This document shows, piece by piece, positions 55,364 to 64,000 of a stretch of DNA of 64,000 nt (positions are counted from its first letter, which is position 1; every line of letters starts with the position of its first letter). Source of the stretch: Myxococcota bacterium (GTDB lineage Bacteria > Myxococcota_A > Polyangia > Polyangiales > Sandaracinaceae); NCBI GenBank assembly GCA_036149055.1, contig JAYZQJ010000088.1, positions 1 through 64,000 on the forward strand. Reading direction: 5' to 3'. The notes below the pieces were generated by a model. It was not told the origin of the DNA. It ran no database searches and worked only from the letters and a program-made list of their open reading frames with translations. The translations under genes and the position numbers were made by a program.

Positions 55364-56430
55364 ACGGTGCCCCACCGCGTCGCGAGCGCCGGGTCGACGG
55401 GCGGCACCACTCGGACGCGCCAGGCGCCCTCGGTGGCGTTCGGGTCGGCGCGGAAGCTCGTGGGCAGCGGCACCAGCGAGATCGGGCTCGGGGTGCGACG
55501 CGCGGGGTCGTACAGGCGGAAGCGGTGGTCGAGGAGCGCCGGCGCCTCGGGGCCGAGGCGCTCCGCCCGGCGGGTGTCGTCGTGCTCGAGCAGGCGGAGC
55601 ATCCACGCCCGCATCACGCTCGTCGCCGCGGGCAGCGCGGCCTCCACCGAGAGCTCGGGCAGCATCCAGCGGGACAGGCCCCGGGTGTGCCAGCGGTCGG
55701 CGGTGCGGACCACGCGGGTCCAGAGGCCGAGGAGGGTGCGCGGGTGCGACTCCGCGTGCGCCCCGACCTCGCGCCACTCCGAGACCGGCACCCACCGCTC
55801 GACGTGCGGCACCCAGACGATGCGCGCGTTCGCCCCGAGCCTCGAGACGGCGTCGGTGAGCCACCGCAGCTGCGCATGGCGCACGCCCGGGAGGGAAGCG
55901 AGCGCCATGCGCAGCGTGAAGCCGCGGGGCCGAGGCCCGAGGTCGTGGATCAGGGCGCGGGGCAGCCGCGCCACCGTCTCGGGCTGGAGCGGGAGCACCG
56001 CCGCCTGCCACCCGCGCTCCGGGTGCACGATCGAGCGGCGCCTCCGATCGATCCGCAGGGCGTCGCCGTGGCTCTGGGAGCGGAGCGGCCGGGCGACGTC
56101 GTCGGCGCAGCCGAGGAGCGCGATCTCCACGTCCGTGTCGTGGCAGAGGCCGGTCTCGACGAGGGTGAACTTGCCGCCGGGGCCGGGGCGCCACCGCTCC
56201 ACCCGGGCGCGGCTCGCGCCGAGCGCCGGATCGAAGCTCCGCTCGAACACCTCGACGTCACCGTTCGCGTAGCCACGCGCCGCCTCCACCCGCGACGCCA
56301 GGCGGGCCGCGTCGGGCGTGGTCGCCACGAGCGCGGGCCGCTGAGCCACCGCGAGGTCGACCGCGCCCACCTTGCGGCGCTCGCCCGACCGCGCCCGCCG
56401 CTTGGCGTCCGGGCTCCCGGGGTGGGTCAC
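55345..56430 (-). CDS. Hypothetical protein
   Basis: Long open frame filling the gap between confident genes; [13 protein letters not shown] weakly recalls DUF4261-type motifs; start uncertain. Confidence 0.45.
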   Translation of the reverse strand: MTHPGSPDAKRRARSGERRKVGAVDLAVAQRPALVATTPDAARLASRVEAARGYANGDVEVFERSFDPALGASRARVERWRPGPGGKFTLVETGLCHDTDVEIALLGCADDVARPLRSQSHGDALRIDRRRRSIVHPERGWQAAVLPLQPETVARLPRALIHDLGPRPRGFTLRMALASLPGVRHAQLRWLTDAVSRLGANARIVWVPHVERWVPVSEWREVGAHAESHPRTLLGLWTRVVRTADRWHTRGLSRWMLPELSVEAALPAATSVMRAWMLRLLEHDDTRRAERLGPEAPALLDHRFRLYDPARRTPSPISLVPLPTSFRADPNATEGAWRVRVVPPVDPALATRWGTVQVERA

Positions 56431-56625
56431 CAGCTCCAGGTCTCGCCGTCTTGCTTCCATCGCGCCTCCGCGTCCCCTCCAAGCAGATCCAGTGCCGTCG
56501 GAGGGTTCCGCGTCGATCGGAGGGATCCAGCTGTGGCGGCATGCGACTCCGGCCGGGCGCGGGTGGCATCGCGCCCCGTCCGCGCCGTGCTACCCTCAGG
56601 GCCGTCGAGGGGGACCCGAGAGCGC

Positions 56626-58305
56626 ATGAGCCAAGCCGCGCCGGAGAGCGAAGACGCCCTGATCGGACGCGTGATCGAAGGACGCTACGCGATCCTCGAG
56701 CGCCTGGCCGCGGGCGGCATGGGCGTGGTCTACAAGGCCGAGCAGCGGCCCCTCGGCCGGGCGGTCGCGCTGAAGATCCTCGAGATCCAGAAGACGCCGA
56801 ACGCCGCGGCGAGCTTCGGGCAACGCTTCTTCCTCGAGGCCTCCGCGGCCGCGAAGCTGGCCCACCCGAACACCATCGTCGTCCACGACTACGGCAAGAC
56901 CGACGACGGCCTCTACTTCATCGCGATGGAGCACCTCGACGGAGGCACGCTCGCGCAGCGGCTCCGCAAGCAGGGGCCGCTCTCGCCCGCCGAGGCCATC
57001 CACGTGGCCCTCCAGGTCGTCAGCTCGCTCCGCGACGCGCACGCCCAGGGCCTCGTGCACCGCGATCTGAAGCCGGGCAACGTCATGTTCGCGCCGCGCG
57101 GCGGCGATCCCCTCTTCGTGAAGGTGCTCGACTTCGGCCTGGTGAAGATGGTGGGGGAGGGGAGCGAGAACCTCGGCCTCACCCAGAGCGGCGTGATGAT
57201 GGGCTCGCCGCGCTACATGTCACCGGAGCAGGTCAAGGCGGCGCCGGTGGACGCGCGCACCGACATCTACTCGCTCGGCGCGGTGCTCTATCACGTGCTG
57301 ACCGGCGCCCCGCCCTTCGCCTCCGGCAGCGCGTACGAGGCGATGAACGCGCACGTGAACTCGCCGCCGCCCCCGTTCCGGGCGACGCGCCCCGACTGCG
57401 TCGCCGGGCCCCAGCTCGAGGCGCTGGTGATGCGCTGCCTGGAGAAGGACCCGGCCGCGCGCTTCCAGAGCATGGACGAGGTGATGACCGCGCTCCGGGG
57501 CTGCGAGGCGGAGGCCGGCGCGTCGGGGAGCGGCTCGTACCTCGGCTCGGCCCACTCGCGGAGCGGCAGCCAGCCCGAGGCCTCGTCTCCGGGCCTCGCT
57601 CCGCAGCCGCAGTCCCAGCCGAGCTCTCAGCCCGACGCCCCGGCGTCGACCGGGACCTACCAGAAGACGGTGCGCTTCGACGCCCCGGAGCTCGAGCCGC
57701 CGCCGCCCGCGCCGATCTCGAGCCCGGCCCCGGTGGCCGCGCCGAGCGCGTCGGGTGGCGGCTTGCTCAAGGTCGCCCTCGCGCTCGTCGCGCTGCTCTT
57801 CATCGGCGCCGCGGTCGCCGCGACGGTGGTGCTCTGGCCGCGGGCCGAGGTCGAGGCCGACGACCCGCCGCCTCCGCCGGTCGCGACGCCGGAGCCGCCC
57901 CCGCCGCCGGTCGAGCCGACCGAGCCGCCCCCCGAGGAGCCGGCCGCGCCCGCCGTCGAGCCGCTGATGCTCCGCACCGACCCCTCCGGGGCCCGGGTCC
58001 GCCTCGACGGCGTCGATCTCGGCGACACCCCGCTCGCGCTCCGCATCCCCGAGGGCGAGCGCTGGTCGATCCAGGTCTCGCTCGACGGCCACGAGACCCG
58101 CGCGGTCACGGTGATGAGCGGGCAGCCCGAGCTGCTCCTCCACCTCGAGCCCGAGGCGGCGGCGGAGCCGTCCAGGCCCTCGCGCCCCTCGCGTCCCGAG
58201 CCGCCCGCGCAGACCCCCGAGGTCCGCCCGCTCCCGCCGCCCACGACCGGCCCGACGCACCCCGACGTCTACGCGCCCGACCTCGACAACCCCTGGGCCC
58301 GTTGA
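56626..58305 (+). CDS. Hanks-type Ser/Thr protein kinase with TM and PEGA domain
   Basis: LAAGGMGVVY, VALK, HRDLKPGN, DFG, GSPRYMSPE, DIYSLG; TM; TDPSGARV...LGDTPL; ends DLDNPWAR. Confidence 0.96.
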   Translation: MSQAAPESEDALIGRVIEGRYAILERLAAGGMGVVYKAEQRPLGRAVALKILEIQKTPNAAASFGQRFFLEASAAAKLAHPNTIVVHDYGKTDDGLYFIAMEHLDGGTLAQRLRKQGPLSPAEAIHVALQVVSSLRDAHAQGLVHRDLKPGNVMFAPRGGDPLFVKVLDFGLVKMVGEGSENLGLTQSGVMMGSPRYMSPEQVKAAPVDARTDIYSLGAVLYHVLTGAPPFASGSAYEAMNAHVNSPPPPFRATRPDCVAGPQLEALVMRCLEKDPAARFQSMDEVMTALRGCEAEAGASGSGSYLGSAHSRSGSQPEASSPGLAPQPQSQPSSQPDAPASTGTYQKTVRFDAPELEPPPPAPISSPAPVAAPSASGGGLLKVALALVALLFIGAAVAATVVLWPRAEVEADDPPPPPVATPEPPPPPVEPTEPPPEEPAAPAVEPLMLRTDPSGARVRLDGVDLGDTPLALRIPEGERWSIQVSLDGHETRAVTVMSGQPELLLHLEPEAAAEPSRPSRPSRPEPPAQTPEVRPLPPPTTGPTHPDVYAPDLDNPWAR

Positions 58306-58317
58306 GCCCGCACGCGC

Positions 58318-59400
58318 TCAGGGCTCGCAGGCGGTGCCGTCGCCGGTGAGGGTCGCGATCCAGGCGCGCACCGCCGCGAGGCCCTCGTCGTCGGCGCGCT
58401 CGGTGGCGAGCGGAGGCATCTGGGCGCGGTCCCCGCGCTCGGCCATGCGCACGAGGGTGAGGCTCGAGTCGGGGCTGCCCGGGTGGACGCGGCAGATGGC
58501 GTCCGGGTGGAAGTAGCTCGCCACCTCGCTCACCGCGGTGGTGTGGGCGTCGGTGCCCTCCACGGTGGTGTCGTCCACGTTCACCCACATCCAGAGGCCC
58601 GTGGTCATGGCCGCCGCGTCGGAGGCGTTCTCGCGGTGACAGTGTCCGCAGTTGGCGTGCAGGTAGCCGAGGGCCGCCTGGGCGGTGGCGTCGCCGGGCA
58701 CGTCCGCGTCGGCGGGCGCGACCGCCTCGGTCAGGAGGCCCTCGTCGAGCAGCGTCTGCAGGGTCACGCCGGGGCCCGCGTGGTTGAGCTGGATGGCGCT
58801 GAAGCCGTTGACGACGTCGAGGCCGCCGTGACAGCGCAGGCAGTCGGCGCCGCTCGGGATGTCGTGCTCGGTGCCGAGCACGTCCTGGCGGATGGACTCG
58901 TCGAGGTTCGTCACGTCGGTGACGCCGTCCTGCGTCTCGTTCCAGGCGTAGACCCGCATCTCCCAGGCGCCGATGCCCGTCCCGAGCTCGTCCTTCTCCA
59001 GGATGCGGGTCTCGAGCCGGACGCCGTCCTGCAGGAAGGTCTTGTAGATCCGTGTTCCCACCGGGAACACCCAGTTGTCGGGGTCGCGGGTGTCGATCGT
59101 CTCGCCGGGCGGCAGCGCGATGTAGCGCTCCTTGTCGGCGCCATCGGCCCAGAGCTGGAAGCGGGGCTGGTAGGGGCGCACGCCGGCGGCCACCACCGTG
59201 CACGCCCCGTCCTCGTAGAGGCCGGGCGGGCCTTCGCAGTCGCCGCTGCCGGTGTCGGGCGGGTCGGTCGAGGCGTCTCCGGCGTCCTCTTCGCCCGCGT
59301 CCTCCGTCGGGCCGGCGTCCGGCTCCGGGGGCTCACCGTCACACGCGATCAGCGCCGCGATCGCGAACGCCGAGAGAAGCCACTGAACGAGTCTGCGCAC
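58318..59400 (-). CDS. Diheme c-type cytochrome-like lipoprotein
   Basis: Lipobox LIAC; LWADGADKER, FPVGT, ETR; CLRCH and YLHANCGHCH; QMPP. Confidence 0.82.
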   Translation of the reverse strand: MRRLVQWLLSAFAIAALIACDGEPPEPDAGPTEDAGEEDAGDASTDPPDTGSGDCEGPPGLYEDGACTVVAAGVRPYQPRFQLWADGADKERYIALPPGETIDTRDPDNWVFPVGTRIYKTFLQDGVRLETRILEKDELGTGIGAWEMRVYAWNETQDGVTDVTNLDESIRQDVLGTEHDIPSGADCLRCHGGLDVVNGFSAIQLNHAGPGVTLQTLLDEGLLTEAVAPADADVPGDATAQAALGYLHANCGHCHRENASDAAAMTTGLWMWVNVDDTTVEGTDAHTTAVSEVASYFHPDAICRVHPGSPDSSLTLVRMAERGDRAQMPPLATERADDEGLAAVRAWIATLTGDGTACEP

Positions 59401-59539
59401 CCTACCTCCGAGGCGACACGATGAACCATATCCATGGGGTCGCCAGTTGGAAAACGACCGGTTCGTGCAACGGCTGGGAAACGCGGCGGGCGGTGCGCTA
59501 GAATGCCGCGGCTTCCTTGATGCGGAGAGGGGACGGTTG

Positions 59540-60367
59540 ATGAGATCGACGATCGCTGCGTGGTGTGCCGTCGCGTGCCTCGCCTTGACGACGAGCGTGG
59601 CGCACGCTCAGGACCCGGACAGCCAGAGCCAGCTCGACGAGGCCGCGCGGCTGACCTTCGAGTCGGCGCGCGAGGCGTTCGTCGCCGGCGACTACGAGGT
59701 CGCGCTGGCTCGCTTCCGGCAGGCCTATCAGCTCAGCGCCCGGCCCGGCCTCCTCTACAACATCGCCCAGACCCTCGATCGCCTCCGACGCGACGAGGAG
59801 ACGGTCGCGGCGCTCCGGGAGTACCTCGAGGCGCTGCCCAACGCGCCGAACCGTCCCGAGGTCGAGGCCCGCATCCGGGTGCTGGAGACCGCGATCGCGG
59901 AGCGCGAGGCCGACGCGGCGGCGCAGCAGGCCCAGCAGGAGGCGCAGCAGGCTCAGGTCGAGCAGACCCAGGCGGCCGCCGCGCAGACGACCACGACGGA
60001 CACCTCGGAGGGAGGCGGCCTCGGCGTGCTGCACCCCGCCATCTTCATCGGCGTCGGCGGGGTCGCGCTGGTGGCCGGCGGCCTGGCGGTCTGGGCGGGC
60101 CTCGAGACGCTGTCGTTGAACGACGCCTACCTCGCCACTACGGACCGCGCCGCGGCGCAGGCGGCCTACGATGAAGCGAGCTCGATGCAGACCCTCGCCA
60201 ACGTCTTCATCTTCAGCGCGGCCGGGCTCGGCGTGGCCGCGGTGGCGCTCGCGATCTTCACCGACTGGGACGCGTTCGGCGGCGGCGACGGCGAGCGCGT
60301 CTCGCTTCGGCCGCGCTTCCTCGCCGGACCGAACGGCGGCCAGCTCGGCCTCGAAGGGAGCTTCTGA
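59540..60367 (+). CDS. Secreted TPR protein with C-terminal hydrophobic hairpin and terminal beta-strands
   Basis: Signal peptide (AHA-Q); FVAGDYEVALARFRQAY...LLYNIAQ; two Gly/Ala-rich hydrophobic helices; ends GGQLGLEGSF. Confidence 0.85.
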   Translation: MRSTIAAWCAVACLALTTSVAHAQDPDSQSQLDEAARLTFESAREAFVAGDYEVALARFRQAYQLSARPGLLYNIAQTLDRLRRDEETVAALREYLEALPNAPNRPEVEARIRVLETAIAEREADAAAQQAQQEAQQAQVEQTQAAAAQTTTTDTSEGGGLGVLHPAIFIGVGGVALVAGGLAVWAGLETLSLNDAYLATTDRAAAQAAYDEASSMQTLANVFIFSAAGLGVAAVALAIFTDWDAFGGGDGERVSLRPRFLAGPNGGQLGLEGSF

Positions 60368-61416
60368 TGCGGCTCGCGCTCCTCCTCGCCCTCTCCGGCT
60401 TCACCACCGGCTGCTTCGTGGTCGACACCGGCCACCTCGAAGGCCTCGGTCAGGACGACGACGCCGGGATCTCGACCGACGCCGACACGACGACCGACTC
60501 CGGCACCGGCGATCAGCTGAACGACGCCTGCGGCGGCGACATCGCCGACTACGTCGTGCTGCGCACGAGCACTCCGAGCCAGCTCGCCTTCAGCACCCGG
60601 AGCCTCAGCAACCGCGTGTCGAGCTGCGGCTCGCGGTCGGCGCCCGGCAACGACGGCTTCGTCGCCATCGAGGTGCAGGCCGGCGATCAGTGGCACTTCC
60701 ACGTCATCCCGGATCCCTCGGTCGCCGGGCAGGATCGCGACCCGTTCCTCTACCTGCTCGACTCGACCTGCCGGAACACCGCGTGCGAGCACGCCTCCGA
60801 CGCGTGCGTCGGGGCCGGCGACGAGCACTTCGCGTTCGTCGCGCCGCGCAACGGCACCTGGTACCTCGGCATCGACGACCGCAACGAGGGCGGCGGGGAC
60901 TACCTGCTCGGCGCCTATCGACTCTTCTGTGGGGACGGCGAGCCGGAGCACGGCGAGGCCTGCGACGGCGGCGGCACCTGCAACACCGAGTGCCGCGAGG
61001 TGCTGAACGTGGGGCGCGCCTCCGAGCAGCTGCCGAACGACAACGAGATCGAGGCCAACTTCCTCGAGTTCCCCGCGTCGAACTCGCTCACGGTGAGCGG
61101 CATCCTCGGCGGCGACTCGTGCACCTACCCGGACGTCTACAACTTCGCGGTCGCCAACGACGGCACCAACCTGGTGATGGAGATCCTGAAATCGGACGGC
61201 AGCGTCTGTGACTCGGGGTCGCTGACGCCCTTCGACATCGTGCTGCGGAGCTCGGCCGGCGAGATCCGAGCCGGCATGCAGACCAACGCCTCCACCGGCT
61301 GCGCCGAGCTGCGGGTCGCGGACGTCACCGCCGCCAGCTACTTCGTGTACCTGGAGCACGACGAGCCGCTCGACCGCCCGGTCAGCTACTCGCTGCGCAT
61401 CACTCAGTCGCTCTGA
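60367..61416 (+). CDS. Cys-rich lipoprotein with PPC-like domains and a myxobacterial Cys-rich repeat
   Basis: Lipobox TTGC; DPFLYLL...GTWYLGID; CGDGEPEHGEACDGG; start overlaps TPR stop. Confidence 0.75.
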   Translation: MRLALLLALSGFTTGCFVVDTGHLEGLGQDDDAGISTDADTTTDSGTGDQLNDACGGDIADYVVLRTSTPSQLAFSTRSLSNRVSSCGSRSAPGNDGFVAIEVQAGDQWHFHVIPDPSVAGQDRDPFLYLLDSTCRNTACEHASDACVGAGDEHFAFVAPRNGTWYLGIDDRNEGGGDYLLGAYRLFCGDGEPEHGEACDGGGTCNTECREVLNVGRASEQLPNDNEIEANFLEFPASNSLTVSGILGGDSCTYPDVYNFAVANDGTNLVMEILKSDGSVCDSGSLTPFDIVLRSSAGEIRAGMQTNASTGCAELRVADVTAASYFVYLEHDEPLDRPVSYSLRITQSL

Positions 61417-61435
61417 CGCATCCTCGGGGGGTCGC

Positions 61436-63796
61436 GTGTCCCATCGCTCTCGGGTTCTCTTCGCCGCCTCGATCCTCGTGCTCGCCGCGCCGACCACCGC
61501 GTCGGCGTTCGAGCCGTTCGGTCTGCAGCTGCCGTGTCGCTCCTTCGCCACGAACTCCGTGGGGACCGAGCGGTATTGCATCACCTGTCACGACAACGCC
61601 GACGGCGGCGGCGCCTGCGCGACCCCGCCGTGCCTCAACCCGTTCGGCACCGCGTTCAACATGAACGGCCGGCGCTGGGACGAGACGCTGGCCGCCCTCG
61701 ACTCGGACAGCGACGGCTACACCAACGGCGAGGAGCTCGGGGATCCCGCGGGCACCTGGCGGCCCGGCATGGCCGACCCCGGTCAGTGCGACTGCGCCAC
61801 CCGCCCGGGCTTCGCGAGCTTCACCCCGGGCGACGCGGACTCCGACGGCGACACCTACTGCTGCGTCGGCACCGACACCAACGGCGACGGCGACTGCCTC
61901 GACGCGGGCGAGCACGACATGTCGTACGACTGCGACGAGATGAACGCGATGGTCAGCCCCGGCGCGGCGGAGATGTGCACCAACGCCATCGACAACGACT
62001 GCGACGGCGCGGCCACGCTGCTCGACCCCGACTGCTCGATGGTCGTCGACCGGGACGGCGACGGCTACTGCCCGATGGGCGAGGACATGAATGGGGATCG
62101 GGACTGCACCGACCCCGGCGAGAACACCGCCGACGTCGACTGCGACGACGACGAGGTCACCGTCTCCCCCGCCGCCCGCGAGTTCTGCGTCGACGGGCTC
62201 GACAACGACTGCGACGGAGACATCGACACCGCCGACTCGGAGTGCACCAGCGACACCGACGCCGACATGGACGGCTTCTGCCCGATCGGCACCGACCTCA
62301 ACGGGGACGGCGACTGCAACGATCCCGGCGAGGCGTCGGACGGCTTCGACTGCGACGACTCGGCCGCGGACGTGAACCCGGACGAGGTGGAGGTCTGCAC
62401 CGACTTCCGCGACAACGACTGCGACGGCCTCGCCGACTTCCGCGACTCGGACGACTGCGGCGCCTTCTTCGACGCCGACGGCGACGGGTACTGCCCCGGC
62501 GGCCGCGACGGCAACGGCAACGGCAACTGCGTCGATCCCGGCGAGGACGCCGAGCCCGGCGACTGCGACGACACGATGGCCTCCATCAACCCGGGGGCGA
62601 TGGAGGTCTGCACCAACGGCGCGGTCGACGACGACTGCGACGGCGCGGCCTCGCTGCTGGACTCGGACTGCGCCGGTTACATCGACAGCGACGGCGACTC
62701 GTTCTGCTTCGTCGGGCCCGACATGGATCGCGACGGGGTCTGCATCTCCACCGGCGAGCAGACCGGAGACGGCGACTGCGACGAGATGTCGGTGGCGATC
62801 AACCCGGCGGCCGCCGAGGACTGCACCGACGGCGTGGACAACGACTGCGACGGCAGCGTCGACGCGGGCGACCGGGGCGAGTGCGACGACTACCGCGACG
62901 TGGACGGCGACGGCTGGTGCATCGTCGGCGAGGACCTCAACGGCGACGGCGACTGCTCGGACGACCGAGAGCAGGGCCCGACCGGCGAGGCGCCTCCGGT
63001 GCGCGACGCGATGGGGCGCATCATCGATCCCGGCACCGAGGCGGACCCGACCCGCTACCCCGGCGCCCCCGAGAACTGCGTCGACGGGAAGGACAACGAT
63101 CTCGACGGCGAGATCGACGAGGCGACGTTCTGCACGCGTGAGCTCGACGAGGACGGCGACGGATGGTGCCGCCTCGGGCAGGACATGAACGGCGACGGAG
63201 ACTGCCTCGACGAGGGCGAGAACGTCGCCGCCTCGGACTGCAACGACCGCGACATGGAGATCCATCCGGACGCGATGGAGCGGTGCCGGGACTGGGTCGA
63301 CGCCGACTGCGACGGCGCCTTCATGACCGTCGACGCCGACTGCCACTACCTGATCGACGAGGACGGCGACGGAGTCTGCGGGCAGGGCGTCGACGACAAC
63401 CGGGACCGCGACTGCCTCGACGACGGCGAGGATCGCTTCGGCGTCGACTGCGACGAGACGATGACCACCGTCAACTCGCGCGCCCGCGAGCTCTGCGACG
63501 ACGGCATCGACAACAACTGTGACGGCGCGATCGACTTCGCCGACCCGACCTGCGTGTGCGAGATGGACGCGCAGTGCGACGACGGCGATCCTTGCACGAC
63601 CGACACGTGCGGCGGCGGGGAGTGCAGTCACGCGCCGGCCTGCGTGGACGGCGGAATGAGCGACGGCGGCGTCACCCCGGTCAGCGAGGACTGCAACTGC
63701 TCGGCGGTCGGCGCGCGTCACCGCGGCGCGACGCCCTGGGCCCTCGCCGCGATCGCGCTCGCGACGTGGCTGCGGCGTCGCCGGCGAAAGGAGTGA
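61436..63796 (+). CDS. Surface protein: N-terminal CxxCH temptin-like domain, 8 MopE-like (CxDGxDNDCDG) repeats, MYXO-CTERM
   Basis: Signal peptide; CITCH...NPFG...DSDSDGYTNGEELGDP; eight E-x-C...D-(N/D/A)-x-(C/L)-DG units; tail CNCSAVG...TM...RRRRRKE. Confidence 0.85.
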   Translation: MSHRSRVLFAASILVLAAPTTASAFEPFGLQLPCRSFATNSVGTERYCITCHDNADGGGACATPPCLNPFGTAFNMNGRRWDETLAALDSDSDGYTNGEELGDPAGTWRPGMADPGQCDCATRPGFASFTPGDADSDGDTYCCVGTDTNGDGDCLDAGEHDMSYDCDEMNAMVSPGAAEMCTNAIDNDCDGAATLLDPDCSMVVDRDGDGYCPMGEDMNGDRDCTDPGENTADVDCDDDEVTVSPAAREFCVDGLDNDCDGDIDTADSECTSDTDADMDGFCPIGTDLNGDGDCNDPGEASDGFDCDDSAADVNPDEVEVCTDFRDNDCDGLADFRDSDDCGAFFDADGDGYCPGGRDGNGNGNCVDPGEDAEPGDCDDTMASINPGAMEVCTNGAVDDDCDGAASLLDSDCAGYIDSDGDSFCFVGPDMDRDGVCISTGEQTGDGDCDEMSVAINPAAAEDCTDGVDNDCDGSVDAGDRGECDDYRDVDGDGWCIVGEDLNGDGDCSDDREQGPTGEAPPVRDAMGRIIDPGTEADPTRYPGAPENCVDGKDNDLDGEIDEATFCTRELDEDGDGWCRLGQDMNGDGDCLDEGENVAASDCNDRDMEIHPDAMERCRDWVDADCDGAFMTVDADCHYLIDEDGDGVCGQGVDDNRDRDCLDDGEDRFGVDCDETMTTVNSRARELCDDGIDNNCDGAIDFADPTCVCEMDAQCDDGDPCTTDTCGGGECSHAPACVDGGMSDGGVTPVSEDCNCSAVGARHRGATPWALAAIALATWLRRRRRKE

Positions 63797-63800
63797 GCGG

Positions 63801-64000
63801 ATGGCGTTGATCGAGTGCCCGGACTGCGAGCGCAAGGTCTCGGACCGCGCGGCGACCTGTCCGGACTGCGCGTGCCCGGTCGCCGAGGTGGTGGCCGAGC
63901 AGCGCGCGGCGCAGGCCCGCCTCGAGGCGGTGAAGAGCCGCGAGGTGACCGACGAGGAGACCGACTGCCCACCGTGCGACGCGCGCGGCTTCATCGAGCA
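63801..64000 (+). CDS. Zinc-ribbon domain protein (partial, runs off window)
   Basis: MALIECPDCERKVSDRAATCPDCACP, then CPPCDARG. Confidence 0.75.
   Translation, partial: MALIECPDCERKVSDRAATCPDCACPVAEVVAEQRAAQARLEAVKSREVTDEETDCPPCDARGFIE

Overview
Very GC-rich bacterial chromosomal window. Gene content points to Myxococcota (Polyangia/Sandaracinaceae-like; inference): MYXO-CTERM tails, PEGA-bearing Ser/Thr kinases, Cys-rich lipoproteins and DUF2330. It holds about 55 densely packed genes. Housekeeping genes include pfkA, rph-rdgB, tRNA-Pro(TGG), tRNA-Arg(TCT), nei and an RlmK/RlmI-like methyltransferase. Other genes include a B-box/DUF4129/DUF4350/MoxR/DUF58 operon and many envelope proteins. 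I saw no cas gene, integrase, transposase or prophage. The best leads are as follows. (1) A candidate sigma54-driven ~110-nt structured RNA between a ligase-less Pnkp and nei, with a 20-bp closing stem around a C-rich loop carrying 7 UCC motifs. (2) A translationally coupled three-gene envelope operon: atypical-kinase-fold lipoprotein, Omp85-like barrel and purple-acid-type phosphatase. (3) A symmetric four-copy REP/MITE-like element with a 66-nt period in both arms. (4) A voltage-gated-type K+ channel coupled to a eukaryote-type SAM decarboxylase. (5) A temptin-like CxxCH domain on a MopE-repeat surface protein. All family calls are from motif recognition by eye, with no database searches. 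Many start codons were re-picked downstream of the ORF-track starts.
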